Source of the DNA: Octopus vulgaris
Taxonomy: Eukaryota
Assembly (NCBI GenBank): GCA_951406725.2
Contig: OX597819.1
Coordinates: forward strand, 26,784,001 to 26,848,000
Direction: 5' to 3'
Length of the DNA stretch: 64,000 nucleotides
Of this stretch, positions 14,136 to 27,002 are shown piece by piece (position 1 is the stretch's first letter; each line of letters begins with the position of its first letter). A program made the position numbers and the translations under genes. The notes beneath the pieces are model-generated. The model saw nothing but the letters and a program-made list of their open reading frames with translations. It did not search any database and had not been told where the DNA came from.

Positions 14136-16006
14136 TTGTCTTTCTTTTCGTATCCCCTCTGGTCAAATACCACCTTTTCAAACTAGTTCGCTACTGCCGA
14201 ACTGATGGGTTATGTCACATGACAACCTCTTACCAATTTCGACGTATCTACAACTGTTTCCTAATTAATCTATATAATAAACACTGTACTTCAGAAATTA
14301 GTAGCTCGAATTATTTTTCAATATTTAGGATTCACTTTTCCTGGGAACAGCGTGCGATATGGAGAATACGAGTGCCGTTCAATACGAGTCATAGTTGACC
14401 GTGTTGCTATACCTTCTAAAGGTTGCTAGTACGAACGAACTTTTCATGTCTTCTTATTTGGCATTATACTCCGAAAAGCCCATTGACATTGGAAACTATC
14501 TAAATTTATCATTTTTAATTGTGTTGATATGAAATTATTTGTTTCATTTTTAAAAATGCAAATATTTCCGATTTGTCTGAGTTCGTGATTTTCGACCCTT
14601 GCGTCGTCAGCATATCTTAAACCTATGGTAGATAAGTATGCTAGATTTGTATCTACGCATTTGAATTATGCCACGCCAAATTTCAGTGGGGAATAGCACA
14701 AATTTCAGTGACGGCATATAACATATATGCATTTTTAAAATTCGGTATATTTAATGAAAATGGTATTTAATTAGAATACCATCTATGTATCTTATTCATT
14801 GCAAATACAGCAGTAACTGTCGAAAGGCCAATTATTGCTGTATTTGTCCTGAGAATATCTCTTACGGATTTGCTAATTGGACGGTATTTCGTCTCACCGG
14901 TATCTGTTGTGTTTTTGATAACACAAGTTCATAAGAGATTATATTACAGGACAAATCCTGCCGTAACTGGCTTATCCACAGTTTGTATACATTACATCTA
15001 AAAGGTTGTTGGCTATAATACATTTTCGCCGCAATTGCGTACACCAGATTTTGAATCCGCCGGTCTGATACACCCCATGAGATAATGTTTTATTGATTAT
15101 TTCCTAATATCAGAAGCGACGAATTCTTGTCGGAGTCTATGGCTGGTTGTGGGTATGCACAAAAATGACAGGAATGCATCTGGCACTCTCGATGGTTGTT
15201 GCTGTGACGAAATTTCTTCTCTCTGTGATATTTATTGTCTTTGTAACATAATAAGTATGTTATCTCAGGACAATACTGCAGTAACTTGACAATCGATAGT
15301 GTGTATATATAATACATAGGTGGCTTTTCAGAAGCTAAATTTCGGATTAGGTAAAAATTTCTTTGAAGCATATCATGCTTAAGAGGTTGATGACGCACTG
15401 ATACTGTCGTTTTCTCTCCTTTTTTATTTCTTTCATTTTGTATTAGTCACCTTTCATTAAATATCAATGAGATATATTTTACATCCATCATTGACTCAAA
15501 TTACATATGCATAAATATCTGTGGTATTGAGCATATTGGGAAAATAATGAGTCTCTAGTATATAGTTCAGTAGTAAACGGGTCAACTTCGTTTTCCTCGA
15601 TGGGGATTCAGTTGAAATCAACATTTTAAAATCAAATTTTGTTGATCGTGTCATTGGAAATTGAGTGTCAATGCAACAGATATATTATAACGCATAAAAA
15701 TTCGGTTTAATATAAATATATATTGCATTCAGAATAAACACATTTAATAAGATGGAGCAGCAAAAATAGATTTAGATATAACTGTTCAGTGAGGAAAAGA
15801 CTGTATTAGTTGGCCAACTATTATAATTTTCCTCATTAAGCTATGTACAAAAGGCAGCTGCTAACATATTTAGATATAATTAGATCTCAACGAAACTGAG
15901 ACTTTCAGTATTTCCAAAGACAAGCAGTGATAAGACAATAACTTGCCACTTAGCAAATTTTATATTTTCATAACTGTATTAAGATTTTCTTTATATTTCT
16001 GTGCTA

Positions 16007-16092
<86 letters not shown>

Positions 16093-16993
16093 TCAACTTT
16101 AATATAACTGTTTCTTTTCTTGCATAAGGCATCTCTGGGAGAGGAACATTTCTATAATTCTTGAAAAGTTATAAATCTAATCTATATTTAAAGATGATTC
16201 TCTCTTATATTATCAAGTTATTGTATAAATAAACTAATCAATTTGTAAGTTGGAAAATCGTTTAGGTTTAAACTTCCATTCATATCAAGGGTTAATATTC
16301 TCGGGAAATACGTATATCACTACATTTTCCTCCACTTTCGATGTCATCGTTTTTCTCTATTATTTTCTCCTTATCTCATCCGTGTTTTCTTCACGTGGGC
16401 TGTCATGTCAATATATCTTCTTTCCACTTGTTTATTTTTCTTCGACTCTGCATTTTCTAGTGCAGTATCTTTCTAATTCGTCTAATCTACCTCTTATCAA
16501 TCAATTACTTTCACTTTCTATCATTATCTCTTCTCTCATTGAAAGTTTATTTCTAGGCCATATTTTTGCCACTATTATCAATATTTGTCACAGTTTCTTT
16601 TGCTGAATGTTATTCTATAGCTTCACTACTTACTATATATCTCCATTAATATCTTCCCCATTCACAGTACTCTTACTTCTATACGTATTTTATTTTCCAA
16701 CACCTCTTAACATGTACAGAGAGAGAAATGTATTTTACATTGTTGCATGTCAATAGCATAAGGATTTCACTGCGCAAAATAACATACGTTTATTTCAACA
16801 TCAATATTCATGGAACAATAGACTAAAGCGTTTTCACACAAACACACACACATATACACATATATCTGTATACGTGAGTGTCGTCTGTGTGCGTGTGTGT
16901 GTGTGAGTTTCTGTAATTAAATGTAGATGCTTAATAAGAGCGATATACAGATTAAAATATATATTAATATGCATAGATATAAATACCTCTGAA

Positions 16994-17068
<75 letters not shown>

Positions 17069-17137
17069 TTCATTTTTGGATTTGTTTTGCAAGATTCTTT
17101 ATGTGATGCGTGGCATAATTCAAATGCGTAGATACAA

Positions 17138-17220
<83 letters not shown>

Positions 17221-17486
17221 CATGTGTATAAACAAATTATATATATACATACAATCAAATATACATACATATATATATATATATACATACATACATATTT
17301 ACACACACACATGTATATACGTATTTATTTACAAATATATAACTATGTAAAGGTAACTATATGTGTGTGTGTGTGTGTCTACACATACATGACAGAAGTA
17401 AATAGATAGCCTTATAATCATTAAAATTTATTTATATCTGAAATTATACAATCAAATTATTTATTAATTGTTATAATGCTTATATT

Positions 17487-18491
17487 TAATATTTGATAGA
17501 TATCTCCTTTGCATTTTCCAATGAAAGTATCCAATTAGGCATGTTTCAGATCAGATTATGAATATTCTATTGCGGAATTCCTTGCCAAGTTTCCTGCGGT
17601 AATCACAAAAGATCTGGCTTTGAAAATGCTTTCATGTTCTTTTCATGAAGTGCCTTCTCCATTGTCCACCAGAGCTGTTCTGTAGGGTTCATATATGGTG
17701 ACTTGCTGGCTACAAAAGCTTTTTAATGCCATACACATCCAACAAACCTTGGGCCATTTTAACCGTGTTTCATAAATAAAGAGTTTTCTTTAATCAATTC
17801 ACCACCGGATAAGATTAGAAGGAGCACTTTCTGCAATATGGATACATATATATTTATCTGAGTTTATGTTTCCCTCACACTCCACAAGCTCTGCGCAACC
17901 TTCGCTCCAAATTGCTCTCCAGACAATCACAGGATACCTGCCCTGTTCTATTGTTGCCTGCAATCTTTTCACATCAAATTCTTGATCACAGAGTCTCCAG
18001 ACTCCTACTCGACCTCTGTCAGGAAACACAGCAAATCTGGACTCGTCTGAGAATATGACAGTCTCCCAAAATGCTAGTGGCCTCTCCGTCATCTTACTGG
18101 CCCAGTCCTTTTCCCGCTTGATGCTTGATGTTGGCTGGTCGAAGTAGTGGCTTCCTTCTTGCAGCTCTGCCATAGTAACCAAGTTTGTGGAGCTATCTGA
18201 TAGCTGTTCTGGTACTGACATCAACTTGCTCTGCTGTGTCAGAGGCCTTGCAACGAGGATTATCTTCTACGCTTCTCTTAGCAAAAAGAAGGGTCCTGAC
18301 CGATGACCCTGGTTGATCTGGGCAAGGTGATGTGAACTCCATCTATTCTCTGGTCAATTGTACAATCGCTCTATTAAATGTAGAAATGGGAAAGTTTTCT
18401 GCGATTTCACGCTTTGTCCACCTTCAGTATGCTCCACAATACGGCCTCTTTGAAATTCAGACAGTTCCAAGGCTTCTCTTGTACTTGGCAT
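17487..18491 (-). pseudogene. Degraded Tc1-family transposase
   Basis: Start MPSTREALELSEFQRGRIV at 18491; ORF 17799-18224 has WETVIFSDESRF...VWR...VIVWRAI (first D of the DDE); multiple frameshifts. Confidence 0.85.
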
Positions 18492-19045
18492 AATTAAACA
18501 GTCACATATAGTACCTGAAACATAAAAATGTCAATTAATAAAAAAATATAAACCTTTACAAGTTAGAATGAATACAAAAACGATGTTTTATGGACCGTCT
18601 ATTTACTTCTGTCGTGTATGTGTATGTATATATATATATAATAACAATAAATACATGCGCAAGTACATGTTTAATATCAATATATCTTAGCCTCTAAATA
18701 TATTTTCAGACAGAGGCGGTGAAGCATTATTTTATGTGTCAATGAACCTATACAATTAATAAACATATCTTTCGGGGTTCTTTTTAAGGATCTTGTCACT
18801 AAGCCCAGTATAGTTCATTGTTCCATTGTTATTTGCAGGTAATATCATTGCTCGGTAAAGTAATGCTTTTAGATAACCATATGTCTTTGTCGGTGTAGAT
18901 ATATATTTACAAGTTTGATGGAAATATATATATATATATTATATTAAATTAGAGACAAAACCACTATTATGCAAATCAAACAAAGAAAGACTTAAGCCAA
19001 TACATAAAATAATTTATATAAATTAAAATTTAACAATTATAAATA

Positions 19046-19097
19046 ACCACTACGATCGTTTTGTGTCAGCACATCTTTGAGACATTCTTCAGGTGGT
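19046..19097 (-). ncRNA. Mirror copy of the hammerhead with a G12A core mutation
   Basis: Minus strand reads ACCAC-CTGAAGA-ATGTC...GACAC-AAAA-CGATCG-TA-GTGGT. Confidence 0.65.
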
Positions 19098-19461
19098 TTC
19101 AAAACCTAAAATATAATCAATATTTTTAAGATATAAATAATCTATATAATCTAAATAAAAATTTACTTATAATAAACTCTATTATTAAATATGATTATAT
19201 CGAAATCGACTATAATGTTAAATATTAACTTTAATTTATAAGGTAGAAAATCCATATTCTAATATCCATTTTAGTCTATATCTACTAAATAGATATTTGA
19301 AATGACTAATATATATAAATTATCAATGAAAATATATATAAATATTATAATCAAGATCTAAAATAAACTCTATAAACGATTGTATATAATGAAAACCTAA
19401 TATATTTAATAGAAGTATAGGGCTGCATTATAAATATATCTGTGTCTATATGTATATGTGA

Positions 19462-19518
<57 letters not shown>

Positions 19519-19945
19519 GGTTTGTGTACGTATTTAGATATGTTTATATACATACATGTATATATGTGCATGAGCATGTGTATATATATTTTTGTTTTTT
19601 GAAATTAGCTATTTCATCTTTAAATATGAGAAATTAAATATATTAGGTTTTCATTATATACAATCGTTTATAGAGTTTATTTTAGATCTTGATTATAATA
19701 TTTATATATATTTTCATTGATAATTTATATATATTAGTCATTTCAAATATCTATTTAGTAGATATAGACTAAAATGGATATTAGAATATGGATTTTCTAC
19801 CTTATAAATTAAAGTTAATATTTAACATTATAGTCGATTTCGATATAATCATATTTAATAATAGAGTTTATTATAAGTAAATTTTTATTTAGATTATATA
19901 GATTATTTATATCTTAAAAATATTGATTATATTTTAGGTTTTGAA

Positions 19946-19997
19946 ACCACCTGAAGAATGTTTCAAAGATGTGCTGACACGAAACGATCGTAGTGGT
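19946..19997 (+). ncRNA. Type I hammerhead ribozyme with intact core
   Basis: ACCAC-CTGAAGA-A-TGT...ACA-C-GAAA-CGATCG-TA|GTGGT: 5-bp helix I, palindromic helix III, GUA cleavage triplet. Confidence 0.8.
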
Positions 19998-20185
19998 TAT
20001 TTATAATTGTTAAATTTTAATTTATATAAATTATTTTATGTATTGGCTTAAGTCTTTCTTTGTTTGATTTGCATAATAGTGGTTTTGTCTCTAATTTAAT
20101 ATAATATAATATTTTACTATAAAATTGGATTCAATCTTAAATATGATTTTTCCCTGTAAATTTGGATTTATTCCCTAATATTTAT

Positions 20186-20249
<64 letters not shown>

Positions 20250-21631
20250 AGCAAGATCGCTTTCCATGTTTGTACTATATTTTCTTTAGTTGCACATTAT
20301 AGAAACAACGATGTTTTAGTGCAATTTAAAGCTTACCATAATTTTATTTCTGCTCTAGAGCTAAGTTATCTATAGTGTACAGAGAAATGCTCTACATACG
20401 AATAACTCAATAAGTCAACATGCTATATTTTCTAGTTGCCTCTTTTATTTCTCTCTCACTGTTAATATGCTAATACTGACTGGAATGCTGGATGAGGATT
20501 AGGTTTGACGAGAAAAATTTCTTGTTCGAAAAATGTTGGTACTGTCACATGTAATGGTTAGACTTTTACCTTAAGAATTTCTTCCATTGCTGTATAGATG
20601 AATAGAGCATTACGGAATTTCATACAGATTATATTATTTTATTACGGGTACGTATATCTTAGTAACTCCAGAGTTATTAAGGGACTCAGTAATTCAGGAA
20701 ACAACCGCACCTTTCGCAGATCAATGAAAGATTTTTTCTCATTATCTGTTTATTTTCCTTCTACATATTGTTATTCTGATTCAGAAATGCTTCTGTAACG
20801 ATTCAGCCACCAAGACGCTTCTAGAATTGTCACACAACTAATGACACCTGTCTTTCGACTCAAACAGATTTAATCATTGTGATACTTTAATCTCATATCT
20901 CTCAACAGAGATTAATATTTTTTCACTAAATGGCGTTTACGTTTTATTTTTTTTTGCACCTAATGAATAGCATCTTGTTTCACATTCCTCGGCATTGTAC
21001 TGTTTGAGCAACAATGTTTATTTAATTTTGCTCTTCTTATTGTTATTCTTGCTATTTTGTATTTTTTTCTGCTTTTTTTTTGTCTCTTTGTTTTCGTCTG
21101 TGTAAATTGGTTCTCTGTTTGTATAAAATAACTCAATGATGAGCTACTTCGAGAAAATTATTAGACAGACACATGTCAATGAATGGAAGCTGCCGATCAA
21201 CTTAACTGACAAATCTGATGCGTTCAGGATTTAGCCAGGTTTCAAATCTGAAGATTTCTGTCGTTCCGAATTCTTCACTTTTTACAATCATTCGTTTATC
21301 AGTTCAATTTTAAGAGGATCGATTGTGTTCTCAACATTGGTGTATTTTTATGGGTTCTTTTAGTTATTCTTTTTTATTGCTTGTCACCTTCACACAAACG
21401 CGATTAACCATTAACTACAAGTGTTATATTCTACATTATTTCTTCGTTTTTATTAATGCAGTGGTATTAACTCTCAGACTTACTTTATATGCTTCTTATT
21501 AATGTGAAATGTAGTCCTAATAACATGATTAAGCTCAACTAAATAAAAATATAGAACTGTATCATTGTCAAAGATGGGGACTTTGTTTTATACAAATGAT
21601 TCTACTCTTAACCATTACTTGAATGTTGTTC

Positions 21632-21780
21632 TTACTCTTTTACTCTTTTACTTGTTTCAGTCATTTGACTGCGGCCATGCTGGAGCACCGCCTTTAGTCG
21701 AGCAAATCGACCCCGGGTTCTTATTCTTTGTAAGCCCAGTACTTATTCTATCGGTCTCTTTTGCCGAACCGCTAAGTGAC
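21632..21780 (-). mobile_element. SINE family A, 3' half
   Basis: Reverse complement of the family A tail (ttactcttttactc...gccgaaccgctaagt). Confidence 0.85.
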
Positions 21781-21787
21781 GAAATTA

Positions 21788-21900
21788 TGTAGAAATGGGA
21801 AGGTTTTCCGCGATTTCACGCTTTGTCCACCTTCAGTATGCTCCACAGTACGGCCTCATTGAAATTCAGACAGTTCCAAGGCTTCTCTTGTACATGGCAT
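21788..21900 (-). mobile_element. Fragment of the Tc1 transposase 5' end
   Basis: Closely similar to 18378-18491. Confidence 0.8.
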
Positions 21901-22780
21901 TCATAATTTTATTCATAATTCCAATATCTTATCAAAGATATACAATTTTGAATGGGAACAAACCTCAAAAACTACTATGTATTTCATACAAGATGAGGAA
22001 AGAAAAGGCTGCAATTTAACACTAATTACCTTATGAAATATATCTCAAACACACTTTCATGAAAAAAATACTTGAACCAGCTAAGAAAAGTACTAGACTA
22101 GAGTATTTGATAAAGTGTGCTAAGAGATTATGATTAGGTATAGTTAAAACGAGGGAGCGAATTAACAATTGAAAATTATTAAATATAGACTGCAATGGGA
22201 GCGAATCTGATCTTTGTTAGAACAGTGACAACTCCCTATGTGTGTTGGTTTATCAAAGCTTACTCACGAAGCATATTCCAGCCATATTACCACATCTTAG
22301 AATTACCCCCAGAAGATATATCATCTTCGTGAATGCGTCTGAACTCTGACCGATGTTGTATAGTATTTGGGCTTTATAGAACCGTCGTATAGCGTTTGAC
22401 TAATCAAATAATCTGTCTGTCACTTCTTCAAAGGTGACAGACAGGTTACCATGCAATAACATCCGGATGATTGACGAACACGCCAGTTTATCTGACAAAT
22501 GGCGTCACTATTGTCATCTCCATAAGAGACTCTCCAGCCAACTTCAGATTTTATTTTACAATTTGAAAGTTGCCTACACAATTTCCTCTCTCAGTAAGGT
22601 GGATGGGAATCTCCATAAGACAGTTGTACTGGGTTACATGATACCATTATTAATTAGAACCAAGCTTAATTATTTTCAATTCCATTTATCTCACAAAATA
22701 TTTTAATGGTCAAAGATAATGCTTAATTGTCAACACCTCACAGTACCATCCGCGACATTTTACATTATTATTATTATTAA

Positions 22781-22817
<37 letters not shown>

Positions 22818-22852
22818 GATAGTATTATTATTATTACATACTATTATATATA

Positions 22853-23587
22853 TACAGGGTGGGTATATACATAATTTAAACTGTCGTCTAAATTACGCAA
22901 AAATGAAAATATCACTGACATCTCTTTCTAACAGATATATTTACCAAAATTACATAAAGACATCTCATTTTTTAAAAAGTAAATTTATTCAATAAACTGG
23001 CCATTGGCTTCAACCAGGGCCTTTGGACAAGGGGGTTGCAGTCTGGGGAGTTAGGTGGTTAGATGTTAGGGGTGGTGTTGTCGCAGAACTTTTCTGACAG
23101 CCATGACTAGGTTCTCTTGCTTGTGTGACATGGTGCAGAGTCTTGTTGTCAGATAGAGGGTCTTCCAGCAACCACCCTCTTTACCCAGGGTAGCACTACC
23201 TCCTCCAAGCACTTGATGTAGGTCTCCGTGTTAAAAGGTGGATAGAGGCATAACGTCGCAATTACTAGTTATCACTCTAAACATCATGGTATTGACTGGA
23301 TGTTTGAATTTTACCACTCTGTAATGTCCTCAGATTGCTCTGTCCTCAAATTGACACCTAAACGCTCTGACATATTCGTATTGTAGCATCTGGCGCGAGT
23401 GTCAAGCAGTACAGCATGTCATTTCCTAATTTCTGGCAGAGCAACTTGTATCATGGCCCTTTTTTTACTCACAGACGGTACCCAACTGACCCTACTATAC
23501 TGTGTAGTGGACAAAAGCAAAAATAAAATTTGCGCGTGCGCGAAATTACAAATACAAAAGTGTACAATTTACAAATCGCACGCTGTA
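22853..23587 (-). mobile_element. Deleted Tc1/mariner-superfamily element (DD37D/maT-like)
   Basis: Termini TA-CAGGGTG ... CACGCTG-TA; internal sequence homologous to the transposase remnant at 54884-55261 (ggcttcaacca, ctgacagccatgact). Confidence 0.7.
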
Positions 23588-23649
23588 TATATATATGTGT
23601 GTGTGTGTGTGTATGTATATATATTTACAATTTTAGGTCAGTTGAAGTA

Positions 23650-23907
23650 TGTTTGTCATTTATTTCAACTGCTAAAGGCAAATCCACTGCAGTTACCGAG
23701 GAGAAATAATCTCTCTTATGGTGAAAAAGTGTGGAAACACCCAGCTCGTTTAGTGTCGCCCTTTCTCGGGAATCTCAGACATCGACGTTTCGAGTTTATA
23801 TACTGAACGAACTGGGTGTTTTAACACCTTTTTACCATAGAGGGATATTTTCTCCAATGTAACTGCAGTGTATTTGACTTTTGCAGTTGAAATATATGTC
23901 AAACATA
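23650..23907. repeat. Imperfect hairpin (arms ~23650-23755 / 23801-23907)
   Basis: atgtttgtcat..ttcaactgc..cactgcagttac..acacccag versus ctgggtgt..gtaactgcagtg..gcagttgaa..atgtcaaacat. Confidence 0.75.
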
Positions 23908-24188
23908 TTGTGATTATACGTAAACACCGCTTAGTGCCATTACTCCGATATTTTTCAAGAGCCAATATATTATATATACACGATATCGACATTTTTTCAT
24001 TGGAAGTGGTCTCTAACAAAATCAAATTCATCCAATTCATCTTTGTCTGATATAATAGTTTCGATGGAATCTCAAATGCGCCGTCAGAATATATTGCGTG
24101 TCTTGGTCGTCAAAATGTAGCACAATCCATCTCCATTCAGACTGAAGACTGGATTTTTGAAGAGAGATAGAGATTTTTCAAGAGAGAT

Positions 24189-24354
24189 AGGCGCAGGAGT
24201 GGCTGTGTGGTAAGTAGCTTGCTAACCAACCAAATGGTTCCGGGTTCAGTCCCACTGCGTGGCATCTTGGGCAAGTGTCTTCTGCTATAGCCTCGGGCCG
24301 ACCAATGCCTTGTGAGTGGATTTGGTAGACAGAAACTGAAAGAAGCATGTCGTA

Positions 24355-24417
<63 letters not shown>

Positions 24418-24626
24418 ATGTGTTTGTGTGTTTGTCCCCCTAACATGGCTTGACAACCGATGCTGGTGTGTTTACGTCCCCGTCACTTAGCGGTTCGCCA
24501 AAAGAGACCGATAGAATAAGTACTGGGTTTACAAAGAATAAGTGCCGGGGTCGATTTGGTCGACTAAAGGCGGTGCTCCAGCATGGCCGCGGTCAAATGA
24601 CTGAATCAAGTAAAAGAGTAAAGAGT
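24189..24626 (+). mobile_element. SINE family A, full length
   Basis: ggcgcaggagtggctgtgtggtaag...gggttcagtccc; internal (TA)n; tail aagtaaaagagtaaagag. Confidence 0.88.
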
Positions 24627-26032
24627 ATATTATGTAAAGTAGATGACGATAAAGATGTTGAAAAGGAATAGTCCGCACTATCTGACTGTCAATTTATTCA
24701 TCTGGAACTAAATGGAAATTTAATCTCGGAGACGCAGAGAACCAGAACGAATACCAACTCTCTAACGACTCCAGTCGATCTCCCAAATGAAATGGTGTAG
24801 CAACCATTTATTTCCTTCAACATTTCATAGGATTTTATATACATCAGATTCATGACCTTCAAATGTCAGTAAGATTGTCTAACTTTGAGTGATCTAATAC
24901 CATCATTCCTTATCCACGTAGAAAATAGAAGACAATTTAAAGACATATACCTACGGTAAAATAAGTTATATCAGTGATTAACTTTATGATTTATAACCGT
25001 TTAGCTAAACTTGCTAACTTTTGCCACGCATATACAAAATTTTGAACTTTGTTGATTGTTGGTTACAAAAAGGTAGAAATAATAAATAAGAAATGATAAA
25101 TTGGATTATAAATGCCTATTGTATTTCCTTTCGATAAGGTTTTTAAGAGGAATTAAATTTAAGTGAAACAGCGGAATGACAGATATTACAAGCGATAAAA
25201 CGAGGAAGATAAATATAGAGAAAAATATAATAGAAAAATGAATTAGCCATATATTTCAAAACCTCTTGCTAAAGTATTTTATTCAGATTGCGCTTGATAA
25301 ATATATCATATATGCACTTTACATCGTAGGACAAGTTACAAATTTAATTATCTCCAACATGTTTACACAGTTTATTACTTGGATTTAATAAATTGTCTCA
25401 AAATGCAAATAAAAGTTTTTGTTTTTGCATTTTTTTACTAATCATTGCTACGTAAAATATAAAATTTACAAAATATTAAAGATAATCAACTACACTGCCA
25501 GTACAATGCTATATTTACGTGTGCATGTGTATGCGTGTGTGTGTGTGTATGTGTGTGTGTGTGTGTCACTCTTATAATGTAATTTTCCATATATATTTCT
25601 TCATAATTTTGGAGAGTAAATCTGTAACTGCATATGATATAGAATGTGCAATAGGGTCAAACCTACCAGTAATATATTGCTAAACTTTTGACATGTTGTA
25701 GCTAAAAGCGTCATATTTGACTTGAAATGGTATCATTTATTGCTGCCGTTTAAGTTCGAATGAATAAATCTAAAATCAACAAGCATTGCAGGAAATGATC
25801 GAAGACTTCGGAGCGCTAAACGCGTATAAAATTTGATTTTGACAACAATGACATTTTTCAATAAATTACACGATGCGAAAAAGAATTGCGTCACCACGCT
25901 CACACAGACCCTCTCAGACATGCGGATATAACGAAAATGGTGTGTATACATAAGTACATACATACATACATACATACATACATACATACATACACGCAAA
26001 CACACACACACATATATAGTTCTATATTTAAG

Positions 26033-26397
26033 AGATGAGGAATTATGTACATTACTTACATTATTTACATTTGACGGATATTTGTCATCATCTTGTTTAT
26101 TATTATTATTATTCAGATCACAGCCTGGAATCGAACTCGGAATCTTGGGTTTAGTAGCCCACGCTTTTAACCACTACGCCATATGGGGTGAATTTTGGGG
26201 CTTATAAATCTAATATTTTCCTATCCTTCCTCATTACCGGCTCCCATATGATATTTATACCTTAGGAATGAGAACCCAGGTTCGAAATTTCCCCAAAGAC
26301 ACCTGATAAAGCCTGGAGGGTATATCAACCGAAACGTTGTGTTAACAACAAGATGAGGACAAATATCCGTCAAATATAAATAACATAAATCATGTAC
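26033..26397. mobile_element. Composite short element: inverted termini, antisense tRNA-like segment and degenerate hammerhead
   Basis: IR 26062-26100 / 26344-26384; tRNA-like A/B boxes on the minus strand at 26118-26183; ACAC-CTGATAA-A-GCCTG...CAACC-GAAA-CGTT-GTGT at 26299-26343. Confidence 0.65.
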
Positions 26398-26477
26398 ACA
26401 CATATATAATTTATATTTCCAGAGAGATGGAATAAAGAAGAGAAATAAATATATACATATTATGTGTGTGTGTGAGT

Positions 26478-27002
26478 ATGGCAAATATACCTCACATTGT
26501 CGTGCAGTTACTGTTTATACCTCGTTCAGAGATTTATTATTGCTTGCATAGAGTTTCGAGATCAGTGACGAAAAGTTACTGGAAAAATGATATAAATATT
26601 TGCATTGGAACACCTTTCATCGAAAACCGGTGATTGTCGTACAGTGATGACAGGTCAATACCTAGAAACTGCAGTCCGTGCGTATCACTTAGGTTGACGA
26701 GGGAAGGATGACCTCCCTTTGCAAATACCTTAGGGCACAGAAAGTGTGCCTAAAGCCAGCTGGAGGAGATGTTCTCCTGGGGCTACAAGCTACAGTAACA
26801 CCCACCCTTAGTGGTTAGCCATATTGAGATGGCAAATATACCTCACATTGTCAGTGTGCCAAAAGCCAGCTGGAGGAGATGTTCTCCTGGGGCTACAAGC
26901 TACAGTAACACCCACCCTTAGTGGTTAGCCATATTGAGATGGCAAATATACCTCATATTGTCGTGCAGTTACTGTTTATACCTCGTTCAGAGATTTATTA
27001 TT
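26478..27002 (+). mobile_element. Retrozyme-like element: 351-bp unit with terminal redundancy, 110-bp internal duplication and hammerhead
   Basis: atggcaaatatacctca at 26478, 26829 and 26939; 26478-26541 repeated at 26939-27002. Confidence 0.7.
26630..26689 (+). ncRNA. Extended type I hammerhead ribozyme (C3G substitution in this copy)
   Basis: GTGAT-tgt-CGTACA-GTGATGA-C-AGG-TCAATA-CCT-A-GAAA-CTGCAG-TC|CGTGCG-t-ATCAC. Confidence 0.7.

Larger units (their letters stand above)
18937..20190. mobile_element. AT-rich element family G: ~470-bp inverted arms (18937-19410 / 19633-20106) plus one-sided tail, each arm with a hammerhead; Penelope-like architecture
   Basis: Arms near-identical reverse complements; the same sequence recurs at 38095-38480 and 40412-40610. 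Confidence 0.8.

Noticed and set aside
14862-15398. Unique-looking region with short minus-strand ORFs
   Set aside because: No domain motifs or convincing splice sites
16280-16700. Purine-skewed minus strand faintly like an RTE-type LINE 3' end
   Set aside because: Too degraded to support
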